DNA of 64,000 nucleotides from an uncultured Bdellovibrionales bacterium (GTDB lineage: Bacteria; Bdellovibrionota_C; UBA2361; CAKMMH01): positions 25,527-89,526 of the forward strand of contig CAZHSB010000001.1 of NCBI GenBank assembly GCA_964534945.1, read 5' to 3'. Numbering within the stretch: position 1 is the first letter of the stretch; every line of letters starts with the position of its first letter. The position numbers were made by a program, and so were the translations under genes. Positions 20,537 to 30,337 of the stretch are shown here, piece after piece. The notes under the pieces were generated by a model. It worked only from the letters and a program-made list of their open reading frames with translations, was not told the origin of the DNA and made no database searches.

Positions 20537-21226
20537 ATGGTAGCTACAAGAGATGCCACAAGATATCGATATAAACCTTTCGTTGGTTCTAGTCACACTT
20601 GGGCAATAAATAACATTTTACGAGAAAAAAAAGATATCGCAATACTTGATGTAGGTTGCGCAAAGGGGATTGTAGGAAAAATTTTAAGTGAAAATAATTT
20701 TCCTAACGTTGATGCCGTTGAAGTCGACGAACATGCAAGGAAAGTAGCAAAAGAATTTTATCATTTTATCTATCCGTCGATAGATAATGTGGATAAAAAA
20801 TATGATTTAATTTTACTTTTAGATGTTTTAGAACATATTGAGAATCCAAAAAATTTTTTAGAAAACTTATTAACAAAGTTATCTCCATCTGGAAAATTAT
20901 TATTATCAGTTCCAAATGTCGCATTTTTACTGACTCGTTTACAACTACTCTTTGGAAATTTTAATTATACTCAAAAGGGAATTTTGGATAGAACACATTT
21001 GCGATTTTTTACAAAAAAAACAATTTTAAATCTCTTACAAAATATTCCAAGACTTAGAATTTTATCAACAAAAGTTTCCTCTGTCCCCATAGAGTTATTT
21101 TTAAATAAAAACATTGCTAATTCATGTAGTTGGGAGACAATTAGTAAAATGATATTATCTATTACTAATCTGTTTCCGACGTTACTAGGTTATCAACATT
21201 TAATTTTAATACAGAAGGAAGAATAA
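20537..21226 (+). CDS. Class I SAM-dependent methyltransferase
   Basis: ILDVGCAKG glycine-rich SAM motif and LLLDVLEHI motif II. Confidence 0.7.
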   Translation: MVATRDATRYRYKPFVGSSHTWAINNILREKKDIAILDVGCAKGIVGKILSENNFPNVDAVEVDEHARKVAKEFYHFIYPSIDNVDKKYDLILLLDVLEHIENPKNFLENLLTKLSPSGKLLLSVPNVAFLLTRLQLLFGNFNYTQKGILDRTHLRFFTKKTILNLLQNIPRLRILSTKVSSVPIELFLNKNIANSCSWETISKMILSITNLFPTLLGYQHLILIQKEE

Positions 21227-21231
21227 CATTC

Positions 21232-21495
21232 GTGTTTGGGCTTAGCTTTTTTGAACTCATTGTAATTTTTTTTATAGCATTGATTGTCTTAGGGCCAGAC
21301 AAACTTCAAGAGTTTGCTAAAAAATTAGGAAATTTTATTTCATCTATAAATGATTTTTCATCAAATATCAAAGATTCTTTTTCGGATTCTTTAACACCAA
21401 GCATTAATACCGACAAAAACACTAATGATTTTAAAAAGATTGAAGAAAAAGACGATAAAACCGACATACCAAAAGATGAAAAAAAAGATTGCTAA
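21232..21495 (+). CDS. tatA: Twin-arginine translocase TatA/TatB-family protein
   Basis: GTG start. N-terminal TM helix followed by an amphipathic helix (FFELIVIFFIALIVLGPDKLQEFAKKLG). No tatC is adjacent. Confidence 0.65.
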   Translation: MFGLSFFELIVIFFIALIVLGPDKLQEFAKKLGNFISSINDFSSNIKDSFSDSLTPSINTDKNTNDFKKIEEKDDKTDIPKDEKKDC

Positions 21496-21504
21496 TTTTT
21501 GACT

Positions 21505-21533
21505 TTTTTCTCTCTATTAGTTAAACTCTTTTG
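21505..21533 (+). promoter_or_regulatory. Sigma70-like promoter for tRNA-His (TTGACT-N17-TAAACT)
   Basis: Hexamers read directly from the sequence, about 10 nt upstream of the tRNA 5' end. Confidence 0.4.
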
Positions 21534-21541
21534 CAACTTGT

Positions 21542-21618
21542 GGTGGATATAGCTCAGTTGGTAGAGCCCTGGATTGTGGTTCCAGTTGTCGTGGGTTCGA
21601 GCCCCACTATTCACCCCA
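21542..21618 (+). tRNA. tRNA-His (anticodon GTG), G-1 and 3' CCA encoded
   Basis: Hand-folded cloverleaf. Acceptor GTGGATA/TATTCAC, D arm GCTC/GAGC, anticodon stem CTGGA/TCCAG with loop TTGTGGT, T arm GTGGG-TTCGAGC-CCCAC, extra G at -1 paired with C73. Confidence 0.85.
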
Positions 21619-21707
21619 TTTTTCAAGTAAAAAACTTTCACTTCAACATGATGATTTTTCTTTATATTTTTTCTTTTTTTATTTTTTCTAATTAATAGGG
21701 ATCGTTT

Positions 21708-22544
21708 ATGTTTTATATTGGTTGCCATTTATCTTCATCAAAAGGTTTTCTCGCCATGGGGAAAGAGGCGTTATCTATTGGTGCAAACACGTTTCAATTT
21801 TTTACAAGGAATCCAAGAGGCGGACAAGCAAAGCCTATCGATATAAATGATATGGAAAAATATGTCGCCTTTGCAAAGAAATATAACTTTGGCTCCATTG
21901 TAGCACATGCACCATATACTATGAATGCCTGCGCAAAAGATGAAGGATTAAGAATTTTTGCAAAAAATATGATGCAAGATGATTTATCAAGATTAGAACA
22001 CATTCCAAATAGCCTATATAATTTTCATCCGGGAAGCCATGTATCTCAAGGAGTTGATATCGGAATTAAATATATTTCTCAAATGTTAAATGAAAGCATA
22101 ACAAAAGATACTTCAACACTTGTTTTGCTTGAAACAATGTCAGGAAAAGGAAGTGAAATAGGACGTTCTTTTGAAGAGATAGAAGATATAATCTCAAAAG
22201 TTAATCTAAATGAGAAAGTGGGAGTTTGCCTAGATACATGTCACATTTTTGATGCTGGATACGACATAATCAATCATTTAGATGATGTTATAGAGAATTT
22301 TGATAAGATAATCGGGATTAAAAAATTAAAAGCTATTCATTTAAACGATACGATGAATCCATTTGAATCCCATAAAGATAGGCATCAAAAAATTGGTGAC
22401 GGTTATATAGGAATTGAAACTCTTTCTAAAGTGATAAACCACCCTAGCTTAAAAAATTTACCTTTTATTTTAGAAACGCCAAATGAAATTGACGGATACA
22501 AAAAAGAAATCGCCCTATTAAAAAGTCATAGAAACGATTCCTAA
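21708..22544 (+). CDS. nfo: Endonuclease IV (AP endonuclease family 2)
   Basis: 278 aa TIM-barrel with Nfo metal-site motifs ([31 protein letters not shown]). Confidence 0.85.
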   Translation: MFYIGCHLSSSKGFLAMGKEALSIGANTFQFFTRNPRGGQAKPIDINDMEKYVAFAKKYNFGSIVAHAPYTMNACAKDEGLRIFAKNMMQDDLSRLEHIPNSLYNFHPGSHVSQGVDIGIKYISQMLNESITKDTSTLVLLETMSGKGSEIGRSFEEIEDIISKVNLNEKVGVCLDTCHIFDAGYDIINHLDDVIENFDKIIGIKKLKAIHLNDTMNPFESHKDRHQKIGDGYIGIETLSKVINHPSLKNLPFILETPNEIDGYKKEIALLKSHRNDS

Positions 22545-22580
22545 ATAACCAATAAAGAATAAACTTATTAATAAAGTAAT

Positions 22581-23384
22581 TTAAAAAGTTTGTTCAGGAT
22601 ACTTTACCTTTAACTCTTCTTTTAACTTATCTAACGCCTGAGCATCGTCTCCTGTAGACAAAGATTCCAATGTTTTAAAAGCAACTACATTAAAATATAT
22701 TCCATCTTTTGCAAGTTGCGTTAATAAATCTTTAGCTTCACCATCTTGTGTCCCATTTTCAAAATAATATTTTGCCATTATTATTGCAGATAGCTCTTTA
22801 TAAAATCTTGCCTTATCATCTTTTTCTTTTGCAAAAGTTTGATAATTACTTTTTCCAATCTTGCTCTTAAAGCCTTCAATATCATTTTTCGATTTATCAA
22901 GAAGCGCAGAATAAAGAATAGTAACAGTATCATAATCTCTATCACTTGATAAAATTTTTATAGACTCATCAGATATCTTATAAGATTCTTCTAATTGCTT
23001 TTTTAAGTCTTCTAGATCTTTTTTCTTACCTTCTATTTTTTTATCCTCTTTCATCTCTTTTTGAGATCCATCTATTTCTAATTGCATTTCCTTAATATCT
23101 TTATTTAAAGTTATTATATTGGCATATTGAGAACGAAGATTAGCAAAACTATCGGCAGCGTCATGTTTACTATTTTCTCTTACTTCAGTAAATTTTTGAT
23201 TCGCATAATAGCAACCAATTAAAATGATGATCGCCCAACAAATAACTCCTTGCCATTTTTTTATAAATCTAAATAACGGATCTTCAACAAAAGTTTTCTC
23301 TATTTCAGATTCGACAACTTCTGGAGTTACTATATTTTTATTTTCATTTAAGTTTTCAACCTTTCTATCTTTCTTTTTGTTCAT
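22581..23384 (-). CDS. Hypothetical membrane-anchored coiled-coil protein (possibly with TPR-like C-terminus)
   Basis: 267 aa. Single TM helix (VICWAIIILIGCYY) followed by a K/E-rich coiled-coil. Confidence 0.4.
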   Translation of the reverse strand: MNKKKDRKVENLNENKNIVTPEVVESEIEKTFVEDPLFRFIKKWQGVICWAIIILIGCYYANQKFTEVRENSKHDAADSFANLRSQYANIITLNKDIKEMQLEIDGSQKEMKEDKKIEGKKKDLEDLKKQLEESYKISDESIKILSSDRDYDTVTILYSALLDKSKNDIEGFKSKIGKSNYQTFAKEKDDKARFYKELSAIIMAKYYFENGTQDGEAKDLLTQLAKDGIYFNVVAFKTLESLSTGDDAQALDKLKEELKVKYPEQTF

Positions 23385-23410
23385 AATTTTTCCCTTAGCT
23401 TAAATAAATA

Positions 23411-24001
23411 TTAAACCTTATATTTAAAATCTTCTGGATTAAGATTATCCAGCAATTCTTCCCACTTATCTTTATCTATTTTTTCAAATGACAAAGTTCG
23501 ATTTTCAGAATTATCGTCTTCATCTTTCTCGTCGTTTAATTTTTCTTTATTATTAAAATTTACTTCACCGTCCATCATCCTACCATAGGCACCTGTCGAT
23601 TTTGCAAATTTTAAGACGGTCTCTGTAACGTATATTAAAGCAGATTCTCTAAGTGCCAAAGCTATTGCATCACTTGGTCTTGAATCTACAATATATGTTT
23701 TTGATCCATCAGAAATAATAAGTTCCGCATAATATGTAGCATCTTTTATTTGAGTTATTACAATTCTTTCTAATTTAACAGAAAGAGAATCAAAAATATT
23801 TGAAATTAAATCATGCGTAAGAGGACGTGACAATTCAACATTTTTTAAAGAAGTAGCAATCGCTGTAGCTTCAGAAAATCCAATCCAAATAGGGAGGCAC
23901 CCATCTCCATCACATTCTTTTAGAATTACAACAGGGCTTTCCGTATTGCGATCCATAACAAGTCCAACGACAACCATTTCCAATGCTTTTTCTTGAGACA
24001 T
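23411..24001 (-). CDS. Bifunctional nuclease family protein (BFN/DUF151 domain)
   Basis: N-terminal region matches the DUF151 pattern (PVVILKE...LPIWIG..EA.AI......RPLTHDL), with an acidic C-terminal tail. Confidence 0.6.
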   Translation of the reverse strand: MSQEKALEMVVVGLVMDRNTESPVVILKECDGDGCLPIWIGFSEATAIATSLKNVELSRPLTHDLISNIFDSLSVKLERIVITQIKDATYYAELIISDGSKTYIVDSRPSDAIALALRESALIYVTETVLKFAKSTGAYGRMMDGEVNFNNKEKLNDEKDEDDNSENRTLSFEKIDKDKWEELLDNLNPEDFKYKV

Positions 24002-24020
24002 AAAATCCTTTATTATATTC

Positions 24021-25349
24021 CTACGCTTTCAATGTTAATCTTGCACTATCCTGTATTTTAACAGTTATAATATCACCTAGTTTTAATTTTGAATAGTCCC
24101 CATCAAACCTTGTATTAAAATCTGAGGAAAAATTCACAGTAATATTTTGAGAATTTGTTCCTTTAAAGCAATTTTCATCTTTTTTAGAAAAACCATCTAT
24201 TAAAATTTCACTATCTTTACCAATAAAAGATTTTAAAACTTTTGCTGAAACTTCATATTGTCTGTCTTGCAAAAATTTTAATCTTGCTAACTTTTCTTGA
24301 TAAGAAACTTTGTCATCTAACTTTAAGGCTTCAGTGTTAGGGCGTGGTGAGTAAACAAATGAATAACTATTCACAAATCCCACTTTTTCTACTATATCAA
24401 TAGTTTCCAAGAACTCTGATTCTGTTTCTGTAGGGAAACCAACAATGATATCTGTAGTAAAAGCCATATCTGGTATTTTTGATCGTATTTTTTCTATAAT
24501 TTCAAGGTAATGTTCTCGTGTATATTTTCTATTCATCAAATCTAGCACTCTATTATTTCCAGCCTGCAAAGGAAGATGAATACTCCTACAAATTTTTGGA
24601 TTTGAACATACAAGAGAAATAAATTCTTCTGTTATATGTTTTGGATGTGGGCTTACAAAACGAATTCTTTCCAATCCATCGATTTTTGATATTTGATCAA
24701 GTAATTTCTCGAAAGTCATACTCTCATTTAAATCACTTCCATAAGAATTTACGCATTGTCCCAAAAGCAAAACCTCTTTAGCACCATGTTCCACAGATTG
24801 TTTTATTTCATCTACAATCTGAGCTTTAGGCCTTGATACTTCAGGTCCTCTTGTTTGTGGAACTATACAATAAGCACAGCGATTATTACAACCTCTACTT
24901 ATTCCTACAGATATAGATAAATTTCCCATTAATGGAGGATTTGATAACGATAGATCTTCCCATTTTTCTCTATAATCTACGTTACATTGATGTTCTTTTT
25001 GAGCATCTTTTATAAAATTTGGAATTAACGATAAATTATGCGTTCCAAAAACAAAATCTACATTTGGCGCGTTTTTAAAAAGTTCTTGACCATACTGTTG
25101 TGCAACACAACCACCGACTCCAATAAGTAAATTTTTATTTTGTTTTTTTAATGGTTTTAATGAGGCAAGAACAGCTAATAATTTTTCTTCGGGTTTTTTA
25201 CGCACACTACAAGTATTTATAATTATAAGATCTGCATTAACTGCAGAATCCACTTTCTCATATTCATTTTCCAAAAGGCGTTCTATCCTTGCAGAATCAT
25301 AAACATTCATCTGACAACCGTATGTTCTGATAAATAGCTTTTTTTTCAT
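24021..25349 (-). CDS. miaB: tRNA-i6A37 methylthiotransferase MiaB (radical SAM MTTase with TRAM domain)
   Basis: N-terminal MTTase domain (IRTYGCQMN), radical SAM CxxxCxxC (CNNRCAYC) and C-terminal TRAM domain. Confidence 0.8.
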   Translation of the reverse strand: MKKKLFIRTYGCQMNVYDSARIERLLENEYEKVDSAVNADLIIINTCSVRKKPEEKLLAVLASLKPLKKQNKNLLIGVGGCVAQQYGQELFKNAPNVDFVFGTHNLSLIPNFIKDAQKEHQCNVDYREKWEDLSLSNPPLMGNLSISVGISRGCNNRCAYCIVPQTRGPEVSRPKAQIVDEIKQSVEHGAKEVLLLGQCVNSYGSDLNESMTFEKLLDQISKIDGLERIRFVSPHPKHITEEFISLVCSNPKICRSIHLPLQAGNNRVLDLMNRKYTREHYLEIIEKIRSKIPDMAFTTDIIVGFPTETESEFLETIDIVEKVGFVNSYSFVYSPRPNTEALKLDDKVSYQEKLARLKFLQDRQYEVSAKVLKSFIGKDSEILIDGFSKKDENCFKGTNSQNITVNFSSDFNTRFDGDYSKLKLGDIITVKIQDSARLTLKA

Positions 25350-25363
25350 TTTTATAAAAATTC

Positions 25364-26152
25364 TTAATGTGAAAAACTTACAATTCTTATATCAGGCGTA
25401 TAAAGATTAACCTCATCTCCACTTAAAATGGTTTCTAACTCCATCTCAAATTTTTTTGTGCTTTTTGGTTTTAATGCTACATCCTTTATTTCTAAGAATT
25501 CTTCATCATTACTTAACTTTTTGTCCCCTATTTTACTTTTAAACGAAACTGCTAAAGAAATTTCTTTTACAACCTTATCAGATAAGTTTTCGAAATCTCC
25601 ACTTATAACAAAATAATATTGTAAATCCTTTCCTGAAGGAGAGACTATCTTTTTATCAAAATATAAATTGCTCATTTTCAATACTTCCGTTTTAGTACTA
25701 GTTTGAGCTTGTGCATTAGGTTTTGTAAATTTCTTCAATGCCTCCTCTCCCCACAAAAGTTCCAATTGAAAATCAGTAGACTTTTTAAGATCAGTAGAAA
25801 TTAAAAACTTTTTAGGCTCATCTGCATTAATAAATTCACTCTTATCCTTGCCCATTAATTTTGAAAGAATGTATGCATGTTCACTAACTACTTTTGAATT
25901 TATATCAAGTAACCTTAAATTCAACACCACATCTTTCACAGGGGCTTTAACTTCGCTCGTAATTTGACCTAATATATAAATTTTTTCTCCATCATTAATC
26001 TTTTCCAATACTTCCAAAGAAAACATCTCATCATCACTTTTCGGAGAATTAGTTCCTACGGAGACAACCCCTCCTTTCAAAACACAAGATGAAAAAAAAC
26101 ATAAAAAAATACTAAAAAAACATTTGAAAAAAAATTTATTTTTCTTGATCAC
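25364..26152 (-). CDS. Hypothetical lipoprotein
   Basis: Signal peptide with lipobox (FFSSC). No recognisable family. Confidence 0.45.
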   Translation of the reverse strand: MIKKNKFFFKCFFSIFLCFFSSCVLKGGVVSVGTNSPKSDDEMFSLEVLEKINDGEKIYILGQITSEVKAPVKDVVLNLRLLDINSKVVSEHAYILSKLMGKDKSEFINADEPKKFLISTDLKKSTDFQLELLWGEEALKKFTKPNAQAQTSTKTEVLKMSNLYFDKKIVSPSGKDLQYYFVISGDFENLSDKVVKEISLAVSFKSKIGDKKLSNDEEFLEIKDVALKPKSTKKFEMELETILSGDEVNLYTPDIRIVSFSH

Positions 26153-26591
26153 TTAAAATAACCCTTTTTGATAAAGTCCATTCCCCTAAATTAAAATTCC
26201 AAGTTTCTTCTACATTCTCATCATTTACTACATACTGTGGTATTTCATAATATTTTACCAAAACCTGAACTGTTGCTGTTTTTGATAAATCAGAAAAAGC
26301 AATATCTTCTGTCTTTATAGAAACTATTTTTCGTTCCTTATATCGCTTGAAAGTTTCACGAACATCATCAATTGATTCCTCTTTTACCGAAGCTACTGCC
26401 CTCGAATATGAACCCCAATAAATATTATCTTGAAAGCTTTTTAATGTCTTTGGAAGCAATCCTTGCCTATCTGCCTCTGTGACTCCCATACTCTTGTATG
26501 AATCAATGAACGGCACAAAAACGCATGCATCAAGACACAAAATTGATACCAATGATAACAACAAAATACCTTTACTAATTTTTTTTACCAT
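26136..26591 (-). CDS. Hypothetical lipoprotein
   Basis: Signal peptide with lipobox (LDAC). Overlaps the downstream gene by 17 nt, suggesting an operon. Confidence 0.45.
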   Translation of the reverse strand: MVKKISKGILLLSLVSILCLDACVFVPFIDSYKSMGVTEADRQGLLPKTLKSFQDNIYWGSYSRAVASVKEESIDDVRETFKRYKERKIVSIKTEDIAFSDLSKTATVQVLVKYYEIPQYVVNDENVEETWNFNLGEWTLSKRVILSDQEK

Positions 26592-26834
26592 TTAAAGCTC
26601 CCCTTTTTTAAATTTTTGAATTGTTTTCTTTATCATCGTAAAATCATTTTTTTTATCTTTATTATTTATTGCATATTCATATGAACGCGGGCCAAATGCC
26701 CCTTGGAAATAAAGCTCAGTATCAATTTTATTAACACTAGGAGAACATCTATAAAGCTCCCTTGCACCAAGTGCTGTAATAGAAATTGCAAATCCAAAAA
26801 AAACTAGCTTTTGCCACATTTTTAAATCTGACAT
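26592..26834 (-). CDS. Hypothetical small membrane protein
   Basis: 80 aa with one hydrophobic helix. Abuts the next gene with no gap. Confidence 0.3.
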   Translation of the reverse strand: MSDLKMWQKLVFFGFAISITALGARELYRCSPSVNKIDTELYFQGAFGPRSYEYAINNKDKKNDFTMIKKTIQKFKKGEL

Positions 26835-26891
26835 AAATTCCTCTTTAAAAACAAATATTTTAACACAAAATCATATTTCTTACTAATAACG

Positions 26892-27236
26892 TTAACACGG
26901 AGGCCAACCCAGCATCTTACCACCTATTATATGGATATGAAGATGTTTTACTGACTGCAAAGCATCTTCTCCATTATTAATAACTAATCTATATCCAGTT
27001 TCTGATATTCCTTGTTCGATTACTATTTGCTTTATAGCTTCGAACAGATCTGTCAATATTTCACCATCTTCTTTTTCTAAAGAATTGACATTAGGAATTT
27101 CTTTTTTGGGAATTACCAATATATGAACAGGAGCAACTGGATTCACATCTTTAAATGCCAAAACAGTTTCATTTTCAAAAACTATTGTAGCAGGAATTTC
27201 TCTTTTTATTATCTTTGAAAAAATTGTCTCACTCAT
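26892..27236 (-). CDS. HIT family (histidine triad) protein
   Basis: HLHIHIIGG histidine-triad motif. Confidence 0.8.
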   Translation of the reverse strand: MSETIFSKIIKREIPATIVFENETVLAFKDVNPVAPVHILVIPKKEIPNVNSLEKEDGEILTDLFEAIKQIVIEQGISETGYRLVINNGEDALQSVKHLHIHIIGGKMLGWPPC

Positions 27237-27341
27237 GTTATTTATAGTAAAGTTAAACAGTTAAACATACAAGATTAAAAATGAAACATACATATTTTTT
27301 CTTTATAATTTTTATATAAAAATTATAAATGAAATAAAAAA

Positions 27342-27374
27342 AAGCTTCCTAGTTATATTATAACTAGGAAGCTT
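27342..27374 (-). terminator. Rho-independent terminator of the porin gene (perfect 16-bp palindrome AAGCTTCCTAGTTATA...TATAACTAGGAAGCTT flanked by an A-run on + and a T-run on -)
   Basis: Read directly from the sequence, 39 nt downstream of the porin stop on the minus strand. Confidence 0.6.
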
Positions 27375-27412
27375 TTCCCTTTTAATTAAACTCTAAAAGC
27401 GTTTTGGCCAGA

Positions 27413-28600
27413 CTACCACCAAGTCGACACACCAACTAACCATTTATTAGTTGTGTCTTTATCTCTTGTTTCAAAATCTTTTTCTTCAATAACATCATAG
27501 CCAACTTGTGCTTTTAAATGTTGTCCCCAGAAATAGTAGTTTGCAACAACAGATGCTTGTTTGATGTTGTCATTTCCTGAACATTCTCTCCAGTACTTTC
27601 CATCATCACAATCAGAGTATCCATAACGAGTAGCTAATTCTAACTTTTGAGGTAATACAAAATAACCTGTTTGAACATAGAACCCTTTGTAATCTGCAGT
27701 ATCTTCTGGTCCCTCAGGATCTAATCTATCATAAAAATATTCACCTGTTAGTGAAAAACCTTTAATTTTTAGATTAGCATCAGTGCTTATGGCTTGAGAA
27801 GAATATGTTGTATCAATTTGATTAAAATCTGAATACCCATAAGCAGTACCAACATTTAATGCCAAGTCTTCAGTGTTCCCAAGGTCACCTTCTTCAAAAG
27901 GATTCATTTCACCAAGGATGTCTAATCTTGCGAAAGCAAATCCAGCAACATCATTGTCTACACCAGGTAAGTTTCTTCCTTCATCTACACTATCTCCACC
28001 TCTAACTGATGCACCAAATTTTAACTTACCATCTAGCACGTCACCTTGAGCACCAAAACCTTGTTGGTATCCCTTAGTAATGACATCCGAAGCAACAGTT
28101 CTGTCAAGAAATTGCATATTGCTTATGCTAGTATTAAATTGTCTTGAAATTTCTGTTTTCCATTGTCCTAAACGAGCCCTTGCATTATCACAAGGTTGCC
28201 ATTGGATGTAAGCATCTCTTACAAGGTCTCCTGCATCACCCTCAAGGTCAGCTTCAAACTTGTAATAAAATTCGTTATAAAGAGCAGTTCCATCAATACC
28301 AATTCTTAAGTTGGTGTTTTCAAAATTATCGTCATTTTCGGAATTATCATTGTCAATAAACTCATATCTCGTACGATATTTTGCATAAACTCTAGCAGTA
28401 AAACCATCATCTGGAAATTCTACTCTACTTCCCTCATTCCAATAAATTTTTACAGGTTCCTCAGCAGTATCTTCTTTAGCCAAAGCAAGTTCATTTCTTG
28501 TAACGATACCTTTTTCAACAAGGATATCCTCTAAAGTTTTTGCTTGCGAAGCAAAAGGGATAAGGAGAGATAAAACTGTAAATGCTATTATTTTTCGCAT
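27413..28600 (-). CDS. Outer-membrane beta-barrel porin (putative)
   Basis: Signal peptide (ASQA). Alternating amphipathic beta-strands and an aromatic C-terminus (TWW). Pattern resembles phosphate-selective and general porins. Confidence 0.55.
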   Translation of the reverse strand: MRKIIAFTVLSLLIPFASQAKTLEDILVEKGIVTRNELALAKEDTAEEPVKIYWNEGSRVEFPDDGFTARVYAKYRTRYEFIDNDNSENDDNFENTNLRIGIDGTALYNEFYYKFEADLEGDAGDLVRDAYIQWQPCDNARARLGQWKTEISRQFNTSISNMQFLDRTVASDVITKGYQQGFGAQGDVLDGKLKFGASVRGGDSVDEGRNLPGVDNDVAGFAFARLDILGEMNPFEEGDLGNTEDLALNVGTAYGYSDFNQIDTTYSSQAISTDANLKIKGFSLTGEYFYDRLDPEGPEDTADYKGFYVQTGYFVLPQKLELATRYGYSDCDDGKYWRECSGNDNIKQASVVANYYFWGQHLKAQVGYDVIEEKDFETRDKDTTNKWLVGVSTWW

Positions 28601-28941
28601 ATTAAATTCTCCAAAAAAATTTAAAATTAATAAATCTTACTTAAAATCGATTGTGGGACATCATTCAACAAACTAGATATCTTGAATGATCAATTTAAAA
28701 CAAAAATAAATCAATCGTGCAAGACATCTTACCCACACAACCAAGGATAAATTTTACACGAACGACAGCATTAGTCAACTAGCTTTTTCACTTTTATTTT
28801 TTCTATCATCCTAGATTTGTTAAATATATTCTAATGCGCTCTCTAATAATTTTGATAAGTTAAAAAATAAAAATCGAAGCAACACGACTGTAAAATCAGA
28901 CTTAATATTACTTTTCATTTTACATCAAAATAGGAGGTTTT

Positions 28942-29091
28942 ATGATTCCAGAGAATGTAAGAAAAAATTTTACCGTAGTAAATATAAACATTCAAAATCA
29001 CCCTGACTACATAAAACTAAAAGAAAGAGTCTACCAATTAGAGCGCCAAGTAAGTGAAAAGAAAGTAACGTTATTTGGAAAGAAAAAATAA
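28942..29091 (+). CDS. Small ORF (49 aa) with strong RBS, hypothetical
   Basis: AGGAGG sits 6 nt upstream of the ATG. Not in the ORF track because it is under 60 aa. Ends 24 nt before the tRNA-Lys 3' end. Confidence 0.3.
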   Translation: MIPENVRKNFTVVNINIQNHPDYIKLKERVYQLERQVSEKKVTLFGKKK

Positions 29092-29115
29092 GATATCACA
29101 GATCAAAAAGAAAAA

Positions 29116-29191
29116 TGGTACACCAAGAGGGATTCGAACCCACGACCAAGAGATTAAGAGTCTCCTGCTCTACCAGCTGAGCTATTGGTGC
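29116..29191 (-). tRNA. tRNA-Lys (anticodon CTT), CCA encoded
   Basis: Hand-folded from the reverse complement. Acceptor GCACCAA/TTGGTGT, D arm GCTC/GAGC, anticodon stem GGAGA/TCTCT with loop CTCTTAA, T loop TTCGAAT, A73. There is one T-T mismatch in the T stem. Confidence 0.8.
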
Positions 29192-29360
29192 ACGCTCATA
29201 AGACTTGTTTTTTATATATTAAATAAAAAATTTTTGCAATAGTATCAGATACTAATTTGACTATCAAGGCCAAAATCCCCCTAAAAAATGTTTACAAAAA
29301 AAAAGAAACATTTGTAAAAATAACTGCATCATAATAAAAAGTTAGAATTTGTAATAAATC

Positions 29361-29678
29361 TTGAGGTACTATATGGCAGTTGCAAATGAGTTTTTAGAAG
29401 CTTTTTACGTTAGAGAATTTTTAACAAATTATGCAGGTTTACTGGCAAATTTAGCCGACGGATTAGAAGAAGAATCAAAAAAAAACATTGGATCGTTAAT
29501 AAGTTTAGATAAAAAAGCAAAAAATCTTTTAACCAATGTTAATTATATAAAATACAAGAAGAAAAAATCACAACTTACGAAAACTTTTAATCAAAAATTA
29601 TTAGAAAAGGTAGATAAAGAAATCATCGAAGATCCTATAAATTCTGCTCTAAAATCTTTAAAAAAATATAACATTTAA
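29361..29678 (+). CDS. Hypothetical small protein
   Basis: 105 aa ORF. The likely true start is the ATG at 29373, which has a GAGGT RBS. No recognisable family. Confidence 0.35.
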   Translation: MRYYMAVANEFLEAFYVREFLTNYAGLLANLADGLEEESKKNIGSLISLDKKAKNLLTNVNYIKYKKKKSQLTKTFNQKLLEKVDKEIIEDPINSALKSLKKYNI

Positions 29679-29963
29679 AGGTTTGAAACTTTTTTCCCTA
29701 CAGTATTCGTAGTTCTTGAGATATCACTTCTTTTATACGGAAAAGAGTAAATAGCAGAAAAAGTGTGTGACTTGCTAAAAATAATTCTTCTTGGATAATA
29801 TGTTTTCGTTTTTTCATTATTTTCTTTCATACTAAAAGATCAAGCGCTCTGGCACTTTTGCTCCCCAAAAAAGCAAATTCTAGCAAAATCAGAGAATCTT
29901 TTTGATACTTTTATTAATCAAATATAGTGAGATTTTAGTTTTATTGATAAGGACCATAAATTT

Positions 29964-30332
29964 ATGCTACTTGCCTATACATATAACCATGAAATAAAAA
30001 ACGATAAGCCATTTTTGGCAATTATACCAGATATCATAACAGATCGCACGGCAAAGCCCGTACCTATTGAAAAATTATCTATTTCGGATTGTGCAATATT
30101 TTATGTTAGCAATTATGAGGCAGTTTGCGTAAAACGAGAAGATAATGGATTAGTCATTTCACCATTGGCAGGACAAAGATTGTACTTAACAACCAACTTA
30201 CCAGATAGACCTGGAATCTCAGCAAGAATGATAAAAATCACTAAAGGCCAAAATCAGTCTTTTGTTTGTCATTACCAAAAAGAAAAAGATACATCTTATA
30301 GCGAATGGACACCTTACAAGATAAACGTATAA
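29964..30332 (+). CDS. Hypothetical protein
   Basis: 122 aa, no recognisable family. Confidence 0.4.
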   Translation: MLLAYTYNHEIKNDKPFLAIIPDIITDRTAKPVPIEKLSISDCAIFYVSNYEAVCVKREDNGLVISPLAGQRLYLTTNLPDRPGISARMIKITKGQNQSFVCHYQKEKDTSYSEWTPYKINV

Positions 30333-30337
30333 ATTTT

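Noticed and set aside
21492-21728. 78-aa minus-strand ORF
   Set aside because: It overlaps tRNA-His on the opposite strand and the nfo start. Its composition is low-complexity and Lys/Asn-rich, so it is a shadow ORF.
29858-29872. TGGCAC...TTGC sigma54-like element (ctggcacttttgctcc) in the 29679..29963 spacer
   Set aside because: Spacing between the GG and GC elements is about 3 nt too short for the -24/-12 consensus, so it is not called as a sigma54 promoter.
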